Source: Patescibacteria group bacterium (lineage in GTDB: Bacteria > Patescibacteriota > Patescibacteriia > Patescibacteriales > UBA12075). Taken from it: a DNA stretch of 43,773 nucleotides. The first letter of the stretch is position 1. Each line of letters begins with the position of its first letter. The stretch is from NCBI GenBank assembly GCA_022705905.1, contig JAKJDO010000005.1, positions 1 through 43,773 of the forward strand, written 5' to 3'. Below, one piece after another: positions 1 through 8,179 of the stretch. The notes beneath the pieces were generated by a model. It ran no database searches and was not told the origin of the DNA. It saw nothing but the letters and a program-made list of their open reading frames with translations. Both the position numbers and the translations under genes were made by a program.

Positions 1-1382
1 ATCGTAATGGGCGTGCCCATAAAGCCAAACTTTTCCCGTAAACGATTCTCAATGAATCGCAGATAGGAAAAATGAACAGTGTCTTTCGAGCCGATATGTA
101 TAGAAAAAACCGGCGGATTATTGCCTATTTGCTTAAAGCCGGAAAGATGCGGATGCTTAGTGCCTTTGGCTTTAGCTGGGCGGTGGACTTTAACAATCCG
201 GCCTAGAAATTTGCCCAAAGCATTTTCTGAAACTTGGGTCTGTCTAGCTTCAGCCACTTTAATAATAAGATCCATCACTTTATTAACTTTTTCACCAGTA
301 ACCGCGGAAATAAATTGAATCGGTGCCCATTGAATAAAGGGAAAGTTGCCGTAGATTTTTTGGGTAAATAATTTTGTATCTCTATTTTTTATTAAGTCCC
401 ATTTATTGGCGACAATAATAACACTGACTTTCCTGTCAACGATTTCCTCTACTAATTTTGCGTCTTGATGCGTCAAACCTTCATTTACATCAACTACCAA
501 TAAGGCAATTTGCGCTTTTTTTAAAGTTTTTAATGATTGTTCAATACTTAATTTTTCTAAAGAATTTTTTAATTTTTGCCGACGCGCGCCTTTTTGGCCT
601 TGCTTGCTGATGCCGGCAGTATCAACTAAATTTATTTGATAGCCGCCATATTCAATCAATGTGTCACGGGGTTCGCGAGTAGTGTGCGGAGTCGGGCTGA
701 CAATAATTTTTTCTTCACCTAGAATAGCATTGATTAAGCTTGATTTGCCGACATTCGGCTTGCCGATAATAGATACATTGATGATCGGTTGGACTTCCTC
801 TTTTTGCATTTTTACTTTTACGGCTTGCTTCGTTTTCTTTAAATCATTGACAATCACATCTAATAGATCGCCAGTGCCAGAGCCATTGGCAGCCGATACC
901 GCGATCGGTTCGCCTAAAGCCAGTTTATTAAATTCAGCAATTTCTTTTCTTAAGGATGGGCTATCAACCTTATTAGCCACTAAAATTATTTTTTTATTTT
1001 TAGGTAGTAATTTTTTAACGAGTATTGTCATTTGCCTGTCTTGAGGTAATAATCCGTCTCTTGCATCAACTACGAATAAAACTAGCGACGCTTTTATAAT
1101 ATAATCGCGCGCTTGTTTTTGTACTTTAGCTTCTATATCATCGGTTTTTATCTTTTGGCCGGTCAAATATTTTAAATCCATAATGCCGCCGGTGTCAATC
1201 AGCGAGAAGTTGGAATATTGCCACTCAACTGTGCCGATGTTGCTGTCTCTAGTTGTGCCTTCAATTGAAGAGACTAGAGCGCGGTGTTTCTCAGTTAAAC
1301 AATTAAAAAGAGTAGATTTACCGACGTTGGTGCGACCAAAAATAACCACCAAAGGTAGTTGTTGTTTATTATTTGAATTCAT
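1..1382 (-). CDS. der: Ribosome biogenesis GTPase Der (EngA); 3' end runs off the window
   Basis: Manual translation from the ATG at 1382: MNSNNKQQLPLVVIFGRTNVGKSTLFN (P-loop), then GTTRD. A second P-loop follows (IIGKPNVGKSSLINAILGE, PHTTR), and the frame ends in FGFMGTPIT at the window edge. Absent from the ORF track because there is no stop in the window. Confidence 0.95.
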   Translation of the reverse strand, partial: MNSNNKQQLPLVVIFGRTNVGKSTLFNCLTEKHRALVSSIEGTTRDSNIGTVEWQYSNFSLIDTGGIMDLKYLTGQKIKTDDIEAKVQKQARDYIIKASLVLFVVDARDGLLPQDRQMTILVKKLLPKNKKIILVANKVDSPSLRKEIAEFNKLALGEPIAVSAANGSGTGDLLDVIVNDLKKTKQAVKVKMQKEEVQPIINVSIIGKPNVGKSSLINAILGEEKIIVSPTPHTTREPRDTLIEYGGYQINLVDTAGISKQGQKGARRQKLKNSLEKLSIEQSLKTLKKAQIALLVVDVNEGLTHQDAKLVEEIVDRKVSVIIVANKWDLIKNRDTKLFTQKIYGNFPFIQWAPIQFISAVTGEKVNKVMDLIIKVAEARQTQVSENALGKFLGRIVKVHRPAKAKGTKHPHLSGFKQIGNNPPVFSIHIGSKDTVHFSYLRFIENRLREKFGFMGTPIT

Positions 1383-1388
1383 AAGTTT

Positions 1389-2885
1389 TTATTCGGGGTT
1401 TTCGTTGCCGGAATGGGTTGCGTCGGCATCTTGGCCAAGCACTAAAAGAAAATCAGGTTTTATCGGATCGTTTTCGTTAGCGACCTCTCGGCTAATTTCT
1501 TCTGCCAGCCAATCGGGAATGCCCAGAGAAACATTGGCGCCCGTATTGCGTTTTAATATAGTAAGAGATTCATTTTTTTCTCCATAAGTTAAGTCATAGA
1601 TAACCGACCGTTCAATATTGTGTCGGCTACTGTTGCCGATACGAACAACCGTAAAACCGTATTTTTCAATATCAACCGCTAGTTTTGAAGCCAGTCCGTT
1701 GATCCAGGTGCCGTTTCTAACTTCAACGGTCGCTTTTTGTTTAGTCACATTAGTTTTTGCTTCCCGCGGGGCGTCGCTGAATATGGAACTAACAAAATAC
1801 TGGATTTCGGCAAAATCGCCGCTGCGAGGTACGAGAATATAGGCGCCAGCGCTGGATACGCCATCAACTAGTAAGCCGCTAGTACTATTATCCAAGACTT
1901 TGTTGATGATGTTTTCTTTTTTGATATCCTTAAACATGTCCCACAGTTTTATCATCTCCCAAACTTTTAAATTCGTAATGACATGGTCTTCTAATTGTTC
2001 GGCTATATTACTGATGGCGGTTGGTCTAAATAGCAAACTGGCGCTTAGAGCTTTATCTTTAACAGCTTCAATAATTTTTTGTTGTCGTTTAGCGCGGGCA
2101 AAATCAGAGCCTTCAACCCCGACTCCGTGGCGAGAACGAGCATATTTTAAAGCCAAACCGCCATCCATAGTTTGCAAACCCTGGTCGACATGAAGATGCT
2201 CGTAGCGCGAATTATAATCAGGATTGTCTTCATTGCCTAAAATCGGATAAGAATAATCATCCAGCGTATTTTCAACCTCAACTTCAATCCCGCCCAATTC
2301 ATCAATAATATTTATAAAGCCTTGAAAATCTACCCTGATGTAATAATCAACGGGTATATTTAGCAAATCGCTGACTGCTTGGCTGACTGCTAGGCCGCCG
2401 CTGCCCGGATCTTTGCTTTCAGCATAAGCATTGATGGCGTTTATTTTCTGCTGTCCCATACCTTCAACCGGCACAGCTAAATCGCGAGGGATTGAAATCA
2501 AAGCCGTTTTTTTAGTTGACGGTTCTAAGCTGGCCAGAATAATAGTGTCGGTTAAATAGGCGCCGTCGTGGCCTTTGCCGCCGATACCTAAAAGCAGAAT
2601 GTTAATGCGATCGCTTTCTTCGCCTTTTAGTTTTCTTTCCGAGCCTTGTACAAAATCTTTTATCTGCTTTAAGACCGGCAGGTTGCTGAACCAGGAAGTA
2701 GAGCTTTGGCCAGATACTAAAATTTGGCTAGTGAAAACCGCTAAGAAAGTTAGGACGAAAACAAAGGAATAAGCAAAAATTTTTAGCTTTTTTTTCGGCT
2801 CTTTTGAATTGGGAGCAGAAGTGCCTGACGTTTCGTAAGAATTGTCATTCTCTAATTCAGAATTTTGGTTAATAAATTCGGACAT
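1389..2885 (-). CDS. LCP (LytR-CpsA-Psr) family cell-wall phosphotransferase with C-terminal LytR_C domain
   Basis: N-terminal TM helix; NILLLGIGG, TDTIIL, ISIPRDL, KINAINA, ALKYARSRH and SDFARAKRQQ motifs; C-terminal VEVRNGT..GLA LytR_C-like segment. Confidence 0.9.
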   Translation of the reverse strand: MSEFINQNSELENDNSYETSGTSAPNSKEPKKKLKIFAYSFVFVLTFLAVFTSQILVSGQSSTSWFSNLPVLKQIKDFVQGSERKLKGEESDRINILLLGIGGKGHDGAYLTDTIILASLEPSTKKTALISIPRDLAVPVEGMGQQKINAINAYAESKDPGSGGLAVSQAVSDLLNIPVDYYIRVDFQGFINIIDELGGIEVEVENTLDDYSYPILGNEDNPDYNSRYEHLHVDQGLQTMDGGLALKYARSRHGVGVEGSDFARAKRQQKIIEAVKDKALSASLLFRPTAISNIAEQLEDHVITNLKVWEMIKLWDMFKDIKKENIINKVLDNSTSGLLVDGVSSAGAYILVPRSGDFAEIQYFVSSIFSDAPREAKTNVTKQKATVEVRNGTWINGLASKLAVDIEKYGFTVVRIGNSSRHNIERSVIYDLTYGEKNESLTILKRNTGANVSLGIPDWLAEEISREVANENDPIKPDFLLVLGQDADATHSGNENPE

Positions 2886-2954
2886 AATTTACCCTTAAAG
2901 TCAATAGCAAAAAATAATTAAAAAATCTAATTGGGAATTAGATTGTCTTCTTTG

Positions 2955-2983
2955 ATTATAGCTACCTTTATTTTATTTGGCAA
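2955..2983 (-). promoter_or_regulatory. Sigma70-type promoter for the LCP-der operon
   Basis: The minus strand reads TTGCCA-17 bp-TATAAT, about 70 nt upstream of the LCP start. Confidence 0.7.
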
Positions 2984-3212
2984 TACTTAAGATAAAATGA
3001 AATTTACAAAAAAATTTTTGTTTATTTTTTAGCTAAAAATAAACAAATTTTAATATTTTATATTTACAAATTATAAAAAATATGATATAATATAATAATA
3101 TGGTATATTATCTTCATTATCCCATTTAAAATCACAATGTATTTTGTGAATTAGGATGGACTTATAAACGCCCAAGAAATTGGGTGCTTCTAAAAATCTG
3201 TAGATTTAAAAA

Positions 3213-3273
3213 TATTGTCCAGCTTGTCCCCGGCTCTGGACCCCGGCTCGGAGGCCGGGATGACACAAAAAAT
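3213..3273. repeat. REP-like palindromic element (TGTC...GGGATGACA family), copy 1
   Basis: CCCGGC-tcggag-GCCGGG hairpin followed by ATGACA. The terminal 17-mer GGGATGACACAAAAAAT is identical to 26341-26357. Confidence 0.65.
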
Positions 3274-3503
3274 AACGTGCAAATTATTGCTGTTGTTATA
3301 TATTTTATGCTGTTTGTTATGTGAAATAAGAGATTTGCTTTTTTTTAACGATAATGTTATATTGTATATAACTTTTACGGGTTTGACCGTAAAAAAACAA
3401 TAATCTAAACTAAAATTTGTACTCTATAAATAAGGTAAAGAAATTAACCTAATTTTTATTATTGTTTCATAAAGTTTAAAAATATAAAATTAGAGAATAA
3501 AAC

Positions 3504-4076
3504 ATGATTAAAAATTTTTTTGCGTTTGTTTTAGAATTGTTAAAAATAGTAGTAATTTCACTAATTATAATCATCCCAGTGAGATATTTTTTGATCCAGC
3601 CGTTTTACGTAAAGGGCGCGTCCATGGAACCTAATTTTTACGACCATGAATATTTAATTATAGATGAAATTTCTTACAGATTTAACGAGCCGGCCAGAGG
3701 CGATATTATAGTTTTCCGTTATCCGAAGGATCCGCAGGAATATTTTATTAAACGCGTCATTGGCCTGCCGGGAGAGAGCGTGCAAATCAAAGATGGCAAA
3801 GTTTATATTTTTAATCAAAGTAATCCCGACGGGTTGGTTTTGGCAGAAGATTATTTGTCGTCTGGTTTAAAAACTTACGGATTGAATGAAGATAAAGTTG
3901 ATTTAAATAATGGAGAGTATTATGTTTTGGGTGATAATCGCAATCAATCAAAAGATTCGCGCTATTTCGGCGCTGTTAATCGAAGCTTTATTATCGGACG
4001 AGTAATGTTCAGGGGCTGGCCTTTTAATAGAGTAACGGTTTTTGGAACTCCAGAATATGACATTTTGGTTAATTAG
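3504..4076 (+). CDS. lepB: Signal peptidase I
   Basis: VKGASMEPNF (catalytic Ser), YFIKRVIGLPGE (catalytic Lys) and GDNRNQSKDSR boxes; N-terminal TM helix. Confidence 0.97.
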   Translation: MIKNFFAFVLELLKIVVISLIIIIPVRYFLIQPFYVKGASMEPNFYDHEYLIIDEISYRFNEPARGDIIVFRYPKDPQEYFIKRVIGLPGESVQIKDGKVYIFNQSNPDGLVLAEDYLSSGLKTYGLNEDKVDLNNGEYYVLGDNRNQSKDSRYFGAVNRSFIIGRVMFRGWPFNRVTVFGTPEYDILVN

Positions 4077-4087
4077 AGTTTTAATAT

Positions 4088-5458
4088 ATGTCTAGAAAAA
4101 TAAATAAAAAAGTTATTGAAAAAGATTTAAAAAAAGAAAAGGATTTTAGAGTCAGGAGAAGTGAAAAATATAGTCGCTTGCGCGGCATGAAAGATATTCT
4201 TTTTGACGAATATAAGTATTGGAATTTAGTCTTAAAGAAGGCGACGGATTTATCCGCTACTTATAGTTTCAGCCATATTGACACGCCGATTTTAGAAAAG
4301 TTGGATTTATTTGAAAGATCAACCGGTAAGGAAACCGACATCGTTTCTAAAGAGATGTATAATTTTATTGACAAGAGCGGCGATCGCGTGGCTCTACGAC
4401 CAGAAGCTACGCCCGGTTTAGTACGCGCTTATGTTGAACACGGCATGTTTAACTTGCCGCAACCAGTCAAAATGTTTTGGTTAGGGCCTTTATTTCGGCA
4501 CGAAAAACCGCAATCAGGCAGACTGCGCCAGTTTAACCAATACGATCTGGAAATGTTTGGCGATCCTAGTCCGGTAGCCGACGCCCAACTGATTTTAGTC
4601 GCTTATAATTTTTTTAGCGAATTGCAAATCGATGTCCAGATACAAATCAACAGTATCGGCTGCAAAGAGTGCCGAACGGAATATGGAAAAAAATTGCTAG
4701 ATTATTATAAAGAAAGAGGCAAGCGCGCAAAGTTATGCGTTGACTGCAAAAAACGTATTACAAAAAACCCGATGCGCCTTTTGGATTGCAAGGAGCCATC
4801 TTGCCAATCGGTCAGAGAGGACGCCCCGCAGATAGTTGATTTTCTGTGCGATGGTTGTCGAGAACACTTTATAAAAGTATTAGAATATTTAGATGAATTA
4901 GATATCCCATATAATTTAAACCCTTTTTTAGTGAGAGGATTGGATTATTATAACCGCACCGTATTTGAAATTTTTACCGTTGGTGAAGAAGAAGCAGACG
5001 CCGACAAAAGACAGTCGGCTTTGGGCGGCGGCGGCCGTTATGACGAACTAGTTGAATTGATGGGCGGACGTCCAACGCCAGCTTGTGGTTTTGGTATTGG
5101 CTTAGAGAGGGTCATTAATAAAATAAAAGAAAAAAATATTCCGATTAAGGAAGATAAAGAGAATTTCATTTTTTTAGCGCAGCTGGGCGATCAGGGCAAG
5201 CGCAAAGCCTTCGCTTTATTTGAAGAATTGCGCAAGGCCGGTTTTAAAATCAGACAAGCTTTTACCAAAGACAGTTTAAAGACTCAGCTAGAGGAAGCAG
5301 ACAGAGCCGGCGCTAAGTATACTTTGATTTTAGGGCAGAAAGAACTTTTAGACGGTACGATAATTTTGCGTGATATGGAGTCGGGCACGCAAGAAGTGGT
5401 TGATTATAAAAAAATTATTTTTGAATTAAATAAAAGAATAGAAGGAAATAAGAATTAA
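4088..5458 (+). CDS. hisS: Histidine--tRNA ligase
   Basis: RGMKD, LRPEATPG, RHEKPQSGRLRQFNQ, LVRGLDYYNRTVFE, GGGRYD and FGIGLER motifs plus an anticodon-binding domain. Confidence 0.97.
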   Translation: MSRKINKKVIEKDLKKEKDFRVRRSEKYSRLRGMKDILFDEYKYWNLVLKKATDLSATYSFSHIDTPILEKLDLFERSTGKETDIVSKEMYNFIDKSGDRVALRPEATPGLVRAYVEHGMFNLPQPVKMFWLGPLFRHEKPQSGRLRQFNQYDLEMFGDPSPVADAQLILVAYNFFSELQIDVQIQINSIGCKECRTEYGKKLLDYYKERGKRAKLCVDCKKRITKNPMRLLDCKEPSCQSVREDAPQIVDFLCDGCREHFIKVLEYLDELDIPYNLNPFLVRGLDYYNRTVFEIFTVGEEEADADKRQSALGGGGRYDELVELMGGRPTPACGFGIGLERVINKIKEKNIPIKEDKENFIFLAQLGDQGKRKAFALFEELRKAGFKIRQAFTKDSLKTQLEEADRAGAKYTLILGQKELLDGTIILRDMESGTQEVVDYKKIIFELNKRIEGNKN

Positions 5459-5478
5459 TCTTTTAGTCATCTAGAAAT

Positions 5479-5485
5479 GGAGGTG
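5479..5485 (+). promoter_or_regulatory. Strong Shine-Dalgarno sequence (GGAGGTG) of rpsU
   Basis: GGAGGTG ends 4 nt before the ATG at 5490. Confidence 0.85.
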
Positions 5486-5489
5486 TCTT

Positions 5490-5726
5490 ATGGTAGAATT
5501 CAAAAGAAAAAAAGGCGAAAGTTTTGAAAGTTTTTTAAGACGTTTCAATAAAGCCTTAATTCAAAGCCGCAAGCTGAATGAAGTCCGACAGCGACAGTGG
5601 CAAAAAAAATCAAAAAACAAGAACCAGCAAAAGAAATATGCTTTAGTCAGCAAGCAGATGAGAGAGAAGAAAGAGTATCTAAGGAAGACGGGCAAATTAA
5701 AAGAAGAAACTAAAAATCGTTGGTAA
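5490..5726 (+). CDS. rpsU: 30S ribosomal protein bS21 with C-terminal extension
   Basis: Basic 78-aa protein with the RKKGESFESFLRRF bS21 signature; adjacent to yqeY as in Firmicutes. Confidence 0.85.
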   Translation: MVEFKRKKGESFESFLRRFNKALIQSRKLNEVRQRQWQKKSKNKNQQKKYALVSKQMREKKEYLRKTGKLKEETKNRW

Positions 5727-5781
5727 TATAAAAGCGGGCAATCGCGAAATCTCGAGGTTGCTCTCTTTAATAAAAATTGAT

Positions 5782-6246
5782 ATGTCGACTTTACATAATC
5801 AGGTCAATGAAGACTTAAAAAACGCTATGCGCAATAAGCAGGAGTTGGAATTGTCAACTTTAAGGATGTTAATAGCCGCTTTGAAAAATAAAAAAATCGC
5901 TTTGGGTGGCGGCACTAATGTTGACGAATTAACTGATGAGCAGTTTATCGAAACAGTAGCTACGGAGATAAAAAAACGTAAAGACTCGAAAGAAGCTTAT
6001 GAACAAGGCGGTCGTCAGGATTTAGCTGACAAGGAAATAGCGGAAATAAAAATTTTAGAAAAGTATATGCCGGCGCAATTGTCTGACGAAGAGATTGAAG
6101 CGGCTGTAAAGGATGTAGTTAGCTCTATAGGTGAAGTTACTCAAGCTGATTTCGGAAAAGTAATGGGACAGGCGATAGGCAAGTTAAAAGGTAGGGCCGA
6201 CGGAGGCAAAGTAACGGAAATAGTAAAAAAGGTTTTAGCAAAATAA
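5782..6246 (+). CDS. yqeY: GatB/YqeY domain protein
   Basis: DLKNAMRNK..LSTLRML, IKKRKDSKEAYEQGGRQDLADKE, YMPAQLS, GKVMG and GRADG motifs. The ATG at 5782 is preferred over the TTG at 5758. Confidence 0.9.
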   Translation: MSTLHNQVNEDLKNAMRNKQELELSTLRMLIAALKNKKIALGGGTNVDELTDEQFIETVATEIKKRKDSKEAYEQGGRQDLADKEIAEIKILEKYMPAQLSDEEIEAAVKDVVSSIGEVTQADFGKVMGQAIGKLKGRADGGKVTEIVKKVLAK

Positions 6247-6254
6247 ATTTTACA

Positions 6255-6291
6255 ACAAAAAAAGATGGTCTATGCAGATCGTCTTTTTTGT
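6255..6291. terminator. Bidirectional intrinsic terminator between yqeY and the convergent rel transcript
   Basis: ACAAAAAAAGATGGTCT / AGATCGTCTTTTTTGT inverted repeat with A and T tracts. Confidence 0.7.
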
Positions 6292-6548
6292 ATTTTAGCA
6301 AATAGTTTTGCTCCGCAGGGCAAATTTTTAAGAACAAGTTGCGTCAAAAGCGCTCGCTGTTCAAAATTTAGGATTGTTCATTATATAACCTAGCAAAATC
6401 CCAAGCTCGTCGTTTCTTTCCTTAAGCAATGAAATTTTGCACGGTTTCTAAGTTCATAATTTTCTCCTAAATTTTTTATGCTCTCATTATTGATTTGACG
6501 ATAATTCCAATAGCATTTATGATTTTTGGTTAGTAATTTATGTCTACG

Positions 6549-8015
6549 CTAAATTTTTGGGAAGATTTTTTTGAACGACGCGAATTTTGATTCGTTAGTA
6601 AAATGAGTAATTTTTTCTTTAGCTCGATTAGTTTTTACAAATTTTAGCCAATCTCGGCTTGGTCCCTTTCTTCTTTTATCAATTATTATCTCTGTCAGAT
6701 CACCGTTTTTTAAAGGGTGGTCTAGGGGCACCATTTTATTATTTACCAAGGCGCCGATAGCTTTATTGCCAATTTCGGTATGGACAGCATAAGCAAAATC
6801 AATAGGCGTTGAATCTTCCGGGAGATCAAAAACATCGCCTTTCGGAGAAAAAACAAAGATACGATCGTGGAAAATGTCTAATTTAATTTCTTTTATAAAA
6901 TCCTTATCTTCGTTTTCCTGTTTTAGAATATTGAGAATCTCTTTGACCCAGGCTGGCTGCCTTTCTTCATGATAATCAGAGCCGCTTCTTTGTTTATAAT
7001 ACCAGTGGGCGGCTATGCCGTAGTGGCTTTCTTCATTCATTTCTTCGGTTCTGATTTGGAATTCTGTTGGCTGGTTGTCTATGCCAAAAACAGTCGTGTG
7101 TAGACTGCGATAACCGTTAGGTTTCGGAACGGCTATATAATCTTTAATGCGGCCGACTTTAGGCTTCCAAATCGTATGGATTATGCCTAGGGTTTTATAG
7201 CAGTCAGGAATAGAGGGAACGATAATGCGCAGGGCGAACACATCAAGAATCTCATCAAATTTGCGGTCTTTAAGCTGCATTTTTTTATAAATACTGTAGA
7301 GATGCTTAAAGCGGCCTTCAACTTGATAGTCAATCCCGGCTTCAGATAATTTTTTACCCAAAGTATTTTTTACTTTTTGAATATATTGATTGCGTTCAAC
7401 CTTTTTTTCAACCTCGTATTTATAGAGTAATTTTTTGAATTCTTCCGGGTATAAATATTTAAAGCATAAATCTTCCATCTGCCATTTTAGCCTCCAAATA
7501 CCCAAAAGACCGGCAATAGGCGCGTAAATTTCTAGTGTTTCCCTGGCTATCCGTTGTCTTTTTTCTGTCGGCAAGGCGTCAAGTGTGCGCAAGTTATGTA
7601 AGCGGTCGCAAAATTTAATTAAAATGACGCGCAGATCTTCAGCCATAGCCAGGAACATTTTACGTAAATTCTCACGGTATCTTTCAACTCCGCGGTATTT
7701 TATTTTTCCTAATTTAGTAATTCCATGGACTAAGCTGGCAACGTCTTGGCCAAAATTTTTTTCGATTTCTTCCAGAGTAACTTCAGTATCTTCCGGCACA
7801 TCATGCAGTATGCCAGCGATGATAATTGTTAAATCTGCTTTCATCTGCGCCAACAAAAAAGCAGTATGCAGACTGTGCTGGATGTATGGCTCTCCGTTCA
7901 TCCTTTTTTGCCCTTTGTGAGCTTTATCGGCAAATTCATAGGCCAATTGTAACAAATCCGCGTCTGCTTGAGGGTCATTTTCTCTGACTTGATTAATAAT
8001 CTGGCCAATAGTCAT
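6549..8015 (-). CDS. rel: RelA/SpoT homolog (HD hydrolase + synthetase + TGS; no C-terminal ZFD/ACT domains)
   Basis: AHKGQKRMNGEPYIQH, LHDVPEDT, IKFCDRLHNLRTL, GRFKHLYSIYKKM, PKPNGYRSLHT, EFQIRT and TPIDFAYAVHT motifs; the protein ends right after the TGS domain. Confidence 0.93.
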   Translation of the reverse strand: MTIGQIINQVRENDPQADADLLQLAYEFADKAHKGQKRMNGEPYIQHSLHTAFLLAQMKADLTIIIAGILHDVPEDTEVTLEEIEKNFGQDVASLVHGITKLGKIKYRGVERYRENLRKMFLAMAEDLRVILIKFCDRLHNLRTLDALPTEKRQRIARETLEIYAPIAGLLGIWRLKWQMEDLCFKYLYPEEFKKLLYKYEVEKKVERNQYIQKVKNTLGKKLSEAGIDYQVEGRFKHLYSIYKKMQLKDRKFDEILDVFALRIIVPSIPDCYKTLGIIHTIWKPKVGRIKDYIAVPKPNGYRSLHTTVFGIDNQPTEFQIRTEEMNEESHYGIAAHWYYKQRSGSDYHEERQPAWVKEILNILKQENEDKDFIKEIKLDIFHDRIFVFSPKGDVFDLPEDSTPIDFAYAVHTEIGNKAIGALVNNKMVPLDHPLKNGDLTEIIIDKRRKGPSRDWLKFVKTNRAKEKITHFTNESKFASFKKIFPKI

Positions 8016-8071
8016 AAATTTAGACTAGTTTTTTTATCTAAACTTGTTTATAATAATAATTTTATGTTATA

Positions 8072-8100
8072 ATAATATTACAAAACTGTGGATTAGTCAA
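8072..8100 (-). promoter_or_regulatory. Sigma70-type promoter for rel
   Basis: The minus strand reads TTGACT-17 bp-TATTAT upstream of the ATG at 8015. Confidence 0.55.
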
Positions 8101-8179
8101 TTTATAAAATTTTTGTTGATAACTAAAAAAGTCGATATTTTTTGTTGTTTTCCTTTATTTTAACTATTTATATTTAATA

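Noticed and set aside
79-2772. Plus-strand ORFs 79-318, 661-1044, 1183-1587, 1618-1842, 1900-2193 and 2575-2772
   Set aside because: Antisense shadows of der and the LCP gene; no motifs or credible starts.
3125-3210. Hairpins (TCACAA/TTGTGA, CGCCCAA-gaaa-TTGGGTG) after a TGATATAAT -10, vaguely like a fluoride riboswitch
   Set aside because: The conserved pseudoknot and GAUGA core are missing and no fluoride-related gene is downstream; could be an ordinary leader.
3215-3403. 62-aa ORF in the LCP-lepB intergenic region
   Set aside because: TTG start inside the REP-like palindrome and low-complexity AT-rich translation; probably spurious.
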